Shown: positions 36,115 to 44,408 of the stretch, in pieces
How positions within the stretch are numbered: position 1 is the stretch's first letter
Layout: the number at the start of each line of letters is the position of its first letter
Source: a virus
Lineage: Duplodnaviria; Caudoviricetes
DNA length: 50,046 nucleotides
Reading direction: 5' to 3' (one strand)
IMG/VR virus record: IMGVR_UViG_3300038393_001567
Coordinates: 1-50,046 of that record
The notes under the pieces: generated by a model
What the model saw: the letters and a program-made list of their open reading frames with translations, nothing else
Database searches by the model: none
What the model was told of the DNA's origin: nothing
Made by a program: the position numbers and the translations under genes

Positions 36115-37166
36115 GCAAGGACTTCGCAATCAAGTTGATGCTTGACAGTGGCGCGTTTTCGGCGTGGAAGCTCAACAAGGAGATTTGCGTCAAGCGGTAC
36201 CGCAAGTTCCTCCTCCGCAACCGGGAACACCTCTGGTGTGCCGTCAACCTCGACATCATCCCCGGCCGCCCCGGCACCCGCACGAGTAAGCAGGTGGAGG
36301 AGGCCGCCGCCGCGTCGTGGGCCAACTACCAGTACCTCACCGAAGCCGGGCTGAACGTGATGCCGGTGTACCACTTCGGGGAGCGACTCGACTGGCTCAA
36401 GCGGATGGTGGACTCGGGGGCCCCGTACGTCGGACTGGGTGGCGTGGCCACGGCCCCCGACAGGGTGCGCCGGCCGTGGCTCGACGAGATGTTCAACTTC
36501 TTCTGCGGCACCAAGGGGTACCCCACCGTCAAGATTCACGGCATGGGCATCACCAGCCCGAAACTGGTGGAGCGGTACCCGTGGTACTCCACCGACTCCA
36601 TCTCTTGGGTGGGGCTGGGCGGCATGGGCATGTGTACCATCCCGGTGCCCGACGCCTCCGGCCGGTTCGACTACTTCCGCAACTTGAAGGTGGGCTTTTC
36701 CAAGGGGAGCGTCAAGGGGCTAACCAACACCCAGTCCCTCCGCGGAGACCACTACAAGTCTTTGGGCCGTGGCACCCGGGCTTTCGTGGACAGGTGGCTC
36801 GAAGAGGAGGGCTTCGACGCGGAGGAGTTGTGCGAGAACCGCAACACCCGTCTTCGGGTGAACGCCCGGTACTTCAAACGGATGGCCGAAGCCCACCCGA
36901 TGAAGCCCCACCTCCGCCGGGCCGGGCTATTCTCGGAGCCCGTCAAGCAGTGTGACGCCGGCAAACCGCCGTTCAAGTACCGCATCGTTTTCTCCGGCGC
37001 AGACAAGGACCCCGACGCCGTGATGCTCACCAAGGAGCGGTGCCGGTACCGCCTCATTAGCTACTTCCTCTTCATGGACGGGGCCAACCCCGTCGACCTC
37101 CCCCGGTACGTGCGCACCGGGTGTGTGCGCGAGCAGGAGGGGGAGAAGATTCGCCTCCGGGTATAA
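36111..37166 (+). CDS. dpdA: DpdA/TGT-like deazaguanine DNA transglycosylase, paralog 2
   Basis: MLDSGAFSAW, NLDIIPG, PVYHFGE, VGLGG, KIHGMG, YPWYSTDSISW; GTGA overlap with paralog 1. Confidence 0.7.
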   Translation: MSKDFAIKLMLDSGAFSAWKLNKEICVKRYRKFLLRNREHLWCAVNLDIIPGRPGTRTSKQVEEAAAASWANYQYLTEAGLNVMPVYHFGERLDWLKRMVDSGAPYVGLGGVATAPDRVRRPWLDEMFNFFCGTKGYPTVKIHGMGITSPKLVERYPWYSTDSISWVGLGGMGMCTIPVPDASGRFDYFRNLKVGFSKGSVKGLTNTQSLRGDHYKSLGRGTRAFVDRWLEEEGFDAEELCENRNTRLRVNARYFKRMAEAHPMKPHLRRAGLFSEPVKQCDAGKPPFKYRIVFSGADKDPDAVMLTKERCRYRLISYFLFMDGANPVDLPRYVRTGCVREQEGEKIRLRV

Positions 37167-37172
37167 CTTTCC

Positions 37173-38288
37173 ATGAAGAAAACCAAACCCCAAGACGACG
37201 CTACCACCGTCACCGTGCCCCGCCAAGAGATGCTCGACACCCTCAAGCGGGTGGAGCCGGCCCTCTCGGGCAAGGACCTCATCCAAGTCTTCGCCTGCCT
37301 GTGCTTCACCGGGGACAGTGTGCACGCATTCGACGACGTGGTGGCCCTCCACCTCCCCACCAAGGGCTTCGGCTTCCGGGGAGCCATCCGGGGGCGGGTG
37401 CTCATCGACACCTTGGCCAGCTCCAAGGCCAAGGAGGCCACCCTCTCCCAAGACGGGCACGAGGGGTGCGTCGTCGTCAAGGCCGGGCGGAGCAAGTTGA
37501 TGATCCCCCTCCTGCCCGAATCGGAGTTCATCTTCAAGAAGTTGCCGAAGATGAAGGACGGGGTGGTGGTGAAGGTGGGCCGGGAGTTCGTCGACGCCTT
37601 CGCCCGGGCCATGGTGTCGATGGGCCGCGACGCCTCGCACCCCACCCGCCTCGGCGTGACGATGGCCACCACCTCCGACCCCAAGCCCGGGTTCCTCTTC
37701 TACTCCTCCGACAACAAGGCCGCCACCCGCGTCTACCTCCCCGAGAAGGGGGCCGACGACGCCGGCGAACTCGCGGCCATCCTCCCGCCCCGCTTCTGTG
37801 AGTTGCTGGTGGAGATCGGGAAGGAGGACGAGCCCACGCAGATCACCTTGACGAGCGAGTGGGTGGAGGCCGTCTTCACCTCCGGGCTCCGCCTCTTCGC
37901 CCGGGCCATTCTGGGCGACGGGGTGGAGATGTTCGAAGGCGTGTTCGCCCGCCAGTGGAAGCGCAAGCCGAAGATGGTGGACGTTCCCAAGGGGCTGGAC
38001 AAGGCCCTCGAACGGGCCATGGTGGTGGCCAAGTACGCCAAGGAGCCCTTCACCGCCGTCGCCGTCAAGGAGTCGGTGTTGCGCCTCACCACCCTCTCCG
38101 ACTCGGCCGGGCGGGTGGACGACAGGCTCTCCGACGTGGAGTTGCCGGACGTCTCCACCCGCGTCACCCCGGACCTGCTGTACCGGGCACTCCCCATGGC
38201 CGAGCAGTTCGGGTTCGGCGAGGGGTGTGTGCTCTTGAAGGGCGACGACTTCGACCACCTCATCACCACCATCGAAGCCGGCGAGTAG
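37173..38288 (+). CDS. Sliding clamp (DNA polymerase III beta-like)
   Basis: 371 aa (beta-clamp size); three-domain alpha/beta pattern, SSDNK..R, ILPPRF, LRLFAR.I; upstream of the polymerase. Confidence 0.65.
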   Translation: MKKTKPQDDATTVTVPRQEMLDTLKRVEPALSGKDLIQVFACLCFTGDSVHAFDDVVALHLPTKGFGFRGAIRGRVLIDTLASSKAKEATLSQDGHEGCVVVKAGRSKLMIPLLPESEFIFKKLPKMKDGVVVKVGREFVDAFARAMVSMGRDASHPTRLGVTMATTSDPKPGFLFYSSDNKAATRVYLPEKGADDAGELAAILPPRFCELLVEIGKEDEPTQITLTSEWVEAVFTSGLRLFARAILGDGVEMFEGVFARQWKRKPKMVDVPKGLDKALERAMVVAKYAKEPFTAVAVKESVLRLTTLSDSAGRVDDRLSDVELPDVSTRVTPDLLYRALPMAEQFGFGEGCVLLKGDDFDHLITTIEAGE

Positions 38289-38386
38289 TACGGCCCCTTT
38301 CCCGCTTATCGACCCTTGGTTAGACATGCGCCTTACGGGGCTCATGGCCGGGGGCGGGAAGGGGACTTTTGTTTGGAGTCATAGTA

Positions 38387-41110
38387 ATGGCGTTGATGGA
38401 AGGCTTGTTCACCCGCACGGAAGTCAAGGAGAAGGTCCTCTCCGTCTCCCGCAAGATGGCCTTCACCCCCGAGCGCCTCCACCAACTCGGGCTGGCGGGC
38501 GTGAAGGGGATGAACCCCCGGGCCAAGCACCCCAACATGGAGCCCAGCGGGCCCGAGTCGTCGAAAGTCTACGTCCTCTCCCTCCACCCGGGGGAGGAGG
38601 AGGACAAGCAGAACCGGCCCCTCATCGGCAACTCCGGGCGCTTCCTCTTCCGCCACCTCCCCGTCAAGACGGGCTTCCGCCTCGGGTACATCGTGCGCAC
38701 CCTCCCGCCCAACGGGAAGGACGGCAAGCCCCGTAAGGTGACGCCGACGGAGGTCGAGTGCTTCCGCCCCTCCGTCGTGGCCGACATCGAGCGCGTCAAG
38801 CCCCGCGTCATCGTCGGGCTAGGCACCGACGTCGCCAAGTGGGTGCTCGGCGACGGGTTCAAGGTCGACGTCGGCGTGGCTCGCGGGCGCCGGTTCCCCG
38901 TCAAGGTGGGCTCGCACGTCTGCTGGTTCCACCCCGTCTACCACCCCTCGTACGTCCTGCAGAAGTTGGAGGAGGAAGAGGCGGCGAGGCGGGCCGGGCG
39001 GCCGGTCAAACGCAACCTCGACGAGCCCAACCCCAAGGACTTGGAAGACGCCTTCCACCGCGACTTGGTCCGAGCGTTCAGGGACGGGAACGAGGGGGAG
39101 GATACCCCGGAGATCCTCGACGCGGACCTTGACACCCTCTTGAAGCCCGTGACGCTGATGGAGGGAGGCGGGGAAAAGGAGGTGCGGTACGTCGAGGCCT
39201 TCCTCGCCAAAGCCTCCAAGAGCAAGCGGGTGCAGTCGGTGGACCTCGAGTCCAGTGCCCTCCGCCCCTACACCAAGGGGGCCAAGCTCCTCTCCGTCTC
39301 CGTCGGGCATTGGGAGGGGGAGACGCTGGCGATCGCCCTCCACCACCCGCAGGCGCACTGGAGCAAGCCCCACCTCGACCGAATCCACAAGGCCCTCAAA
39401 TCCTTCTTCTGCTCCAAGGCGAGGAAGGTGGCCCACAACCTCTCCACGGAGCTGGAGTGGTTTGCGTACGTGTACGGCCCCGACGTCCTCAAGACGGCCA
39501 AGACGTGGCACTGTACGTACAACCAAGCGTACGCCCTCGACGAAAGGAAGGGCGGGCACTCCCTCAACTTCCTCTCCGTCCTCCGGTTCGGGCTACAGGT
39601 CAAGTCACTCTCCAAGGCCACGCTAATCACCGGGAAGGGCTCCGGGCCACTCGCCGACTTCTTCGACGTGGGCACGGAGGAGAAGATCGACCGGGCGAGA
39701 CTGGAGCAGACGAAACTCGCGTACGTGCTCAAGTACAACGGGCTGGACGTACGCTTCACCTCGTACCTCGAGACCATCCAGCGCCGACTCCTCCGGGCCG
39801 ATAACCTCTGGGGCTTCTACAAGGACTTCCAAGTCAAGCGCATCAAGGCCCTCGTACAGGCCCAACTCTCCGGCATGGTGGTGAACGAAACCGCTACCGC
39901 GGAGTTCACCACCGACCTCTCGGCCAAGGTGAAGCGGGCGGAGCGGGCCATCCGGGAGCTGCCGGCCGTCAAGAAGTACGTGGCACGCTTCGGGGAGTTC
40001 AACCCGGGGTCTGAGAAGCTCATCAAGAAACTGTACGCCGACGTGCTCAACGTCAAGCTAACCTCCACCAAGGAGGCCACGCTACTCGACGTCAAGGCCA
40101 AGTACCGGGGAGACGCGGCGGAGCTGGCCCAACTCATCCTCGACTTCCGCAAGCCGGGGAAGATGCTCTCCACGTACGTCGACCCGCTCAAGGCCGACAC
40201 CCCCAACTCCGTGCTCTTCCCGGATAAGAAGATCCACGCCGTCTTCAAGGCGTGTTGGACCGGCACCGGGAGACTCGCCGCGGAAGACCCCTCCGTACAG
40301 AATTGGCCGAAGCGCAAGAACGCGTGGCTCCGGGCCGTCATCGGGTGCCCTGCCAACCACGTCATGCTCTCGTGCGACGAGGGCCAACTTGAGTACCGCG
40401 TGGCCGGGATGAACTCCCGGGACAAGGTGCTGGTGGACTCGATGTTCACCGGGTTCGACGTCCACCAGTATTGGGCCGAGCGCATCGTCAGGAAGTACGA
40501 CAAGACTTTCCTCGCCCGCGGCGGGGACATGAAGGCGTTCCGGGGCGACGTGAAGAACCAATGGGTATTCCCGCAAATCTTCGGCTCCTCCCCGGGCTCG
40601 TGCGCCAAGAATCTCCAGATGCCGGAGAAGATTGCCTATGAGCTGGCCGAGGAATTCTGGGAGCAGTTGAAGGGCGTGCGAGCGTGGCAGAAGCGGGTGA
40701 CGGGGTTCTACGACAAGCACTTTTACGTGGAGTGTCTCTCCGGGCGCCGGCGCCGCGGGCCCCTCTCGTACAACATGCAGATTAACTCCCCGATTCAGGG
40801 CCTTGCCTCCGACATGGTGGTGGACGCCATGGTGAGACTGGCGGAGCTATCCATCACCCTAGACAAGCCGTACCTCGCTCCCGTCCTCAACATCCACGAC
40901 GACCTCACCTTCTACGTGCCCAAGCGGCGGGTGGAGGAGGCGCTGGAGTACATCGTGCCGGCGATGCTCACCTTCGATTACCCGTGGGCCGAGGGCATCC
41001 CGATGATGGTGGAGGCGTCGGTGGGCAACGATTGGGGCAATCAATCCCCGGTGGGCAAGTTCGACGGCGTCAAGCTCGGCATCGGAAACTTCACGGCCCG
41101 GGCCGCGTAG
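38387..41110 (+). CDS. Family A DNA polymerase with N-terminal UDG-like domain and 3'-5' exonuclease
   Basis: UDG-like PGEEED..PLIG.SG, IVGLG, YHPSY; Exo DLES, AHN, YNGLD; TGRL..P.VQNWP, motif A DEGQLEYR, INSPIQG.ASD, motif C IHDD. Confidence 0.92.
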   Translation: MALMEGLFTRTEVKEKVLSVSRKMAFTPERLHQLGLAGVKGMNPRAKHPNMEPSGPESSKVYVLSLHPGEEEDKQNRPLIGNSGRFLFRHLPVKTGFRLGYIVRTLPPNGKDGKPRKVTPTEVECFRPSVVADIERVKPRVIVGLGTDVAKWVLGDGFKVDVGVARGRRFPVKVGSHVCWFHPVYHPSYVLQKLEEEEAARRAGRPVKRNLDEPNPKDLEDAFHRDLVRAFRDGNEGEDTPEILDADLDTLLKPVTLMEGGGEKEVRYVEAFLAKASKSKRVQSVDLESSALRPYTKGAKLLSVSVGHWEGETLAIALHHPQAHWSKPHLDRIHKALKSFFCSKARKVAHNLSTELEWFAYVYGPDVLKTAKTWHCTYNQAYALDERKGGHSLNFLSVLRFGLQVKSLSKATLITGKGSGPLADFFDVGTEEKIDRARLEQTKLAYVLKYNGLDVRFTSYLETIQRRLLRADNLWGFYKDFQVKRIKALVQAQLSGMVVNETATAEFTTDLSAKVKRAERAIRELPAVKKYVARFGEFNPGSEKLIKKLYADVLNVKLTSTKEATLLDVKAKYRGDAAELAQLILDFRKPGKMLSTYVDPLKADTPNSVLFPDKKIHAVFKACWTGTGRLAAEDPSVQNWPKRKNAWLRAVIGCPANHVMLSCDEGQLEYRVAGMNSRDKVLVDSMFTGFDVHQYWAERIVRKYDKTFLARGGDMKAFRGDVKNQWVFPQIFGSSPGSCAKNLQMPEKIAYELAEEFWEQLKGVRAWQKRVTGFYDKHFYVECLSGRRRRGPLSYNMQINSPIQGLASDMVVDAMVRLAELSITLDKPYLAPVLNIHDDLTFYVPKRRVEEALEYIVPAMLTFDYPWAEGIPMMVEASVGNDWGNQSPVGKFDGVKLGIGNFTARAA

Positions 41111-41167
41111 AAAATTCGGCCCGGAATTCACTCGACCCGACCCGGGGCCCCGCCGATAATACCGGGC

Positions 41168-41464
41168 ATGGTTGACGTCTTTTACCACCGCTGGAACCGG
41201 AAGGCCGAGAATCACTGCGGGCCGGTGGAGTGCCTCCAACTCGACACCGACTCCACCTCCCTCGACGACATCTTGGCCGACTTCCGGGAGGAGTACGGCA
41301 CCACGGGCTCCCACCACACCTCCGGCATCTTCGAAATCCAAACCGACACCGGCATTTACCGCCGGTGGGACGGCCGATCCTTCGCTAAACGCCCCCAGAC
41401 GGCCCAATTCTTCACGTGGGAGGAGCTGGAAGTCATTGAATTGCAGGGACTTGAGATGCCCTGA
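41168..41464 (+). CDS. Hypothetical protein
   Basis: 98-aa ORF with typical codon usage. Confidence 0.5.
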   Translation: MVDVFYHRWNRKAENHCGPVECLQLDTDSTSLDDILADFREEYGTTGSHHTSGIFEIQTDTGIYRRWDGRSFAKRPQTAQFFTWEELEVIELQGLEMP

Positions 41465-41484
41465 AAATTCTTTGCTAAAGGGGG

Positions 41485-41513
41485 TTGACACCCCGCCCGA
41501 TGATACCTAAAGT
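41485..41513 (+). promoter_or_regulatory. Sigma70-type promoter TTGACA-17-TAAAGT
   Basis: Near consensus; 33-nt identity with the 28024 cassette. Confidence 0.8.
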
Positions 41514-41536
41514 ATAGGGATAACAAGGAGACAGTT

Positions 41537-41731
41537 ATGAAACCCACGCAACTCCAACTCATCACCCTTCGCCGCATGGCCGTTAACGTTAAGGTTGACG
41601 GCACGATCTCCCTCCGGGAGTCCATGGTGGGCCTCCCCACCATCGGGGCCTTCTATCGGATGGGCCTCATGGAGAAGGTTGGCAACGATACCGTTAAGCT
41701 CACTTCCAAGGCCGTCGCTTTCGTCAAGTAA
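41537..41731 (+). CDS. Hypothetical early protein
   Basis: Cassette RBS; 64 aa. Confidence 0.6.
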   Translation: MKPTQLQLITLRRMAVNVKVDGTISLRESMVGLPTIGAFYRMGLMEKVGNDTVKLTSKAVAFVK

Positions 41732-41761
41732 TTCAACCCTTTTCACACAAGGAGACTCGTC

Positions 41762-42199
41762 ATGGCCGCCACCGTCACCGCCAGCAACTATGCCATCCGC
41801 CTCGCCTTCCAAACCGCCTTCGGGCAGAAGATGAGCACCACCCGGCACGGGGGCTTCGCCGGGGCGCTAACCGCACTCCTCACCCGGCTCGGGGAGACGC
41901 AGGCCGAGCAACTCTTGGCCGTCTTCGAACGCCCGGAGATGGGCTTCCCCAACGATCCCAACTACCTCCCCGACCGCAAGGCCGGCGTCACCCTCCCCTT
42001 CTACGTCGTCACCCCCGTCGCCGGGGAGGACTCCGCCTTCAAGACGGACAAGCCGTTCCGCACGTTCGAGTTGGGCAAGGCCGAGTTCGTGCTCCAGCAG
42101 TGTGTGGCCAAGGGCATCCCCGTCACCACCGCCACCCGGTTCACCTCCAAGAAGGCCAAGCAGGACACCACCCCCGACGACACCGGGGAGAACTGCTAA
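41762..42199 (+). CDS. Hypothetical protein
   Basis: CACACAAGGAG RBS. Confidence 0.65.
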   Translation: MAATVTASNYAIRLAFQTAFGQKMSTTRHGGFAGALTALLTRLGETQAEQLLAVFERPEMGFPNDPNYLPDRKAGVTLPFYVVTPVAGEDSAFKTDKPFRTFELGKAEFVLQQCVAKGIPVTTATRFTSKKAKQDTTPDDTGENC

Positions 42200-42240
42200 A
42201 CGGTGGGGTAAAACCCGAGTCCGTCGGGCGCCGCCCACCT

Positions 42241-42274
42241 CCCCCGGGGATGTTCCCCGGGGGTTTTGCTTTTC
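42241..42274 (+). terminator. Intrinsic terminator
   Basis: CCCCCGGGGA-TGT-TCCCCGGGGG-TTTTGCTTTT. Confidence 0.75.
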
Positions 42275-42300
42275 CCGGGCAAAATTCTTTGGAAATTCCC

Positions 42301-42329
42301 TTGACGGGGTTGACGATGATACCTATAGT
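42301..42329 (+). promoter_or_regulatory. Sigma70-type promoter TTGACG-17-TATAGT
   Basis: Cassette member followed by TAACAAGGAGTCAGTCATG. Confidence 0.75.
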
Positions 42330-42352
42330 TTAGGCATAACAAGGAGTCAGTC

Positions 42353-43135
42353 ATGAGCAACGTTTCCCGTCAAGTCACCGTGTACGTCAAGGACACCCCC
42401 GTCACCTTCACCACCACCCTCACCTACGCCGAGGCGTGGAAGAGGCTAGCGGAGTTCACCATGGCCGGTGGGCCCCTCGCCAACTCCTCCTTCGCCAAGG
42501 ATCTGCTCGCCAACGGGAAGAAGTACGGGCTCTCCGAAAAGCAACGTAATTGGGTGGTGAAGTTGGTTCACGACGCCATCAACCCCGTCGCCACCCCGCA
42601 GGTGAAGGCCGACACCTTCGCCGGCATCCTCACCCTCTTCACCGCCGCCAAGCAACACCTCAAGTTCCCCAAGATTTGGCTCCAAGTCGGTACCCAGCAA
42701 CTCCGCCTCGGCGTCGCCGGGAACGCCTCCAAGTACCCGGGCGCCGTCAACGTCACCGACGGGGTGTTTAACGGCACGTGGTTCGGGCGCATCAACACCG
42801 ACGGCACCTTCACACCCTCCAAGGCCCTCACCCCCGAAGTCGCCAAGATTCTGGAGCAACTCGCCGCCGATCCCGTCAAGACGGCCGCCGACTTCGGGAA
42901 ACTCACCGGGCGGTGTTGCTTCTGCAACAAGGCCTTGAAGGACGAGAAGAGCACCGCCGTGGGGTACGGGCCAGTTTGCGCCAAGAAGTTTAACCTCCCG
43001 TGGGGCAAACTCACCCCCGCCGACTTGGCCAAGGTCACCTTCACCGCCGAGAAGGGGGAGGAGACGGAGGAGTACGACGCCGACGACGTTTCCCCCGAGG
43101 CCATGGCGTGGAGGCACGGCAAGAAAACCGCCTAG
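42353..43135 (+). CDS. Protein with C-terminal DUF6011-type Zn finger
   Basis: GRCCFCNKALKDEKSTAVGYGPVCAKK. Confidence 0.75.
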   Translation: MSNVSRQVTVYVKDTPVTFTTTLTYAEAWKRLAEFTMAGGPLANSSFAKDLLANGKKYGLSEKQRNWVVKLVHDAINPVATPQVKADTFAGILTLFTAAKQHLKFPKIWLQVGTQQLRLGVAGNASKYPGAVNVTDGVFNGTWFGRINTDGTFTPSKALTPEVAKILEQLAADPVKTAADFGKLTGRCCFCNKALKDEKSTAVGYGPVCAKKFNLPWGKLTPADLAKVTFTAEKGEETEEYDADDVSPEAMAWRHGKKTA

Positions 43136-43211
43136 CCGAGAGTGGGCCGGGTCGGGTACTCTGGCAAATGGAGTACCCATCCCGTTTCACCCTCACACAA
43201 GGAGCACCGTC

Positions 43212-43436
43212 ATGGCCGGAAAGTTTTACGTCTTCGCAGAGGATTTCTGTTCTTGTCTCGTCGGGCCGTTCGACACCAAGGAGGAGGCCGAGGCGCACCT
43301 CGTCTGGTGCCGAGACGTACGCAACGACGGGGCCACGATGGAGGTGGTGTCGGAATTCATCGGGGAGAGACTCGTCGCCGTGGCAGACTCCAAGATGACG
43401 CCGGCCGAGGACAAGGCTTGGGACCCCGCCGAGTAA
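43212..43436 (+). CDS. Hypothetical protein
   Basis: CACACAAGGAG RBS; VGPFDTKEEAEA motif. Confidence 0.6.
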   Translation: MAGKFYVFAEDFCSCLVGPFDTKEEAEAHLVWCRDVRNDGATMEVVSEFIGERLVAVADSKMTPAEDKAWDPAE

Positions 43437-43446
43437 GGAGACGACA

Positions 43447-43806
43447 GTGGCAACTAAACTCTACACCGTCTGGACGAAATCCCCCTTTTACAATAATCAC
43501 GGGTATATCCGCAACGATGACGAGTACGCCTTCTGCAAGAAGTGGCAAAGTCGGTTCACCAAGGAGGAGGCCGACGCCGCTAAGGAGTACATGATTCAGC
43601 ACGTGGACGCCGATATGGAGGTGCGAATCAAGTACGTCGAAACCGTAAAGCAAGTCATCGTCATCCAATTCAACGACGGTACCATCACCGACGTCGCCTT
43701 GGTCCGAGACGGGGAGACGCCGGAGCAAACCTTCGCACGCCGGTGTGAATCCGGTGACGTCGACGACACCGATTACAGCTACGAAACCACCACCCTCACG
43801 GAGTAG
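43447..43806 (+). CDS. Hypothetical protein
   Basis: AAGGAG RBS; 119 aa. Confidence 0.6.
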   Translation: MATKLYTVWTKSPFYNNHGYIRNDDEYAFCKKWQSRFTKEEADAAKEYMIQHVDADMEVRIKYVETVKQVIVIQFNDGTITDVALVRDGETPEQTFARRCESGDVDDTDYSYETTTLTE

Positions 43807-43811
43807 TCGCC

Positions 43812-44402
43812 ATGTGGCTCTTCTCACGATACGGCTACGTGTCAATCGTAGCACACACCAACAAGACGGAGATGATGCTCCGATTCCGGGCCAAGGTCGA
43901 CGCACAGGCTCACAAGAAGTACGCCGTGACGGTACTCCCGAAGGGCAAGAGGCGGGTGAAGATTCACCACACCCCTAAGGCCGACTACCCCTTCCGCTTC
44001 CTCATCCCGGTCGACGTGTTCCCGGCGTTCCTCGCCGGGCTCGCCGCCACCGTCGACTACCCCAACTTCAAGAGTGCGGTGACACCGGACCTCACCACCA
44101 AACGCCACCGGGCGTACCTCAACGTCTGGAGCGCCACCCACCGCCTCTCCGACGCCGACGTTGACGAGACGCACCGGGGTGAAAATCGACTGTACCTCCC
44201 TTCGCAGACGAGGTACGAGACGGAGGAGCTCCGGGCCAAGACGCCGGACGAGCTTGACGACATCATCGCCTCCCTCGACAGTGTCGGCTCTCCCACGGAC
44301 TTCATCCGTGATACGTGCCCCGATTGTGACGGGCTGGGCTTTACGGAAGACGGGCCGTGCAAGACGTGTCGGGGTACGGGCGAAGTGAAGGAGGAGGTAT
44401 AA
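43812..44402 (+). CDS. Hypothetical protein with C-terminal DnaJ-type Zn finger
   Basis: MWLFSRYGYVSIV, ADYPFR, VDYPNFKS; CPDCDGLG...CKTCRGTG. Confidence 0.65.
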   Translation: MWLFSRYGYVSIVAHTNKTEMMLRFRAKVDAQAHKKYAVTVLPKGKRRVKIHHTPKADYPFRFLIPVDVFPAFLAGLAATVDYPNFKSAVTPDLTTKRHRAYLNVWSATHRLSDADVDETHRGENRLYLPSQTRYETEELRAKTPDELDDIIASLDSVGSPTDFIRDTCPDCDGLGFTEDGPCKTCRGTGEVKEEV

Positions 44403-44408
44403 CTCACC

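Noticed and set aside
35083-37166. Canonical tRNA-guanine transglycosylase (tgt) for queuosine
   Set aside because: Lacks the bacterial TGT C-terminal Zn site (CxCxxC..H); phage context with que and replication genes favours DNA modification
28007-41534. 33-nt exact repeat as att sites or mobile-element ends
   Set aside because: It consists of a -10 box and RBS and belongs to a larger promoter family; no integrase or transposase seen
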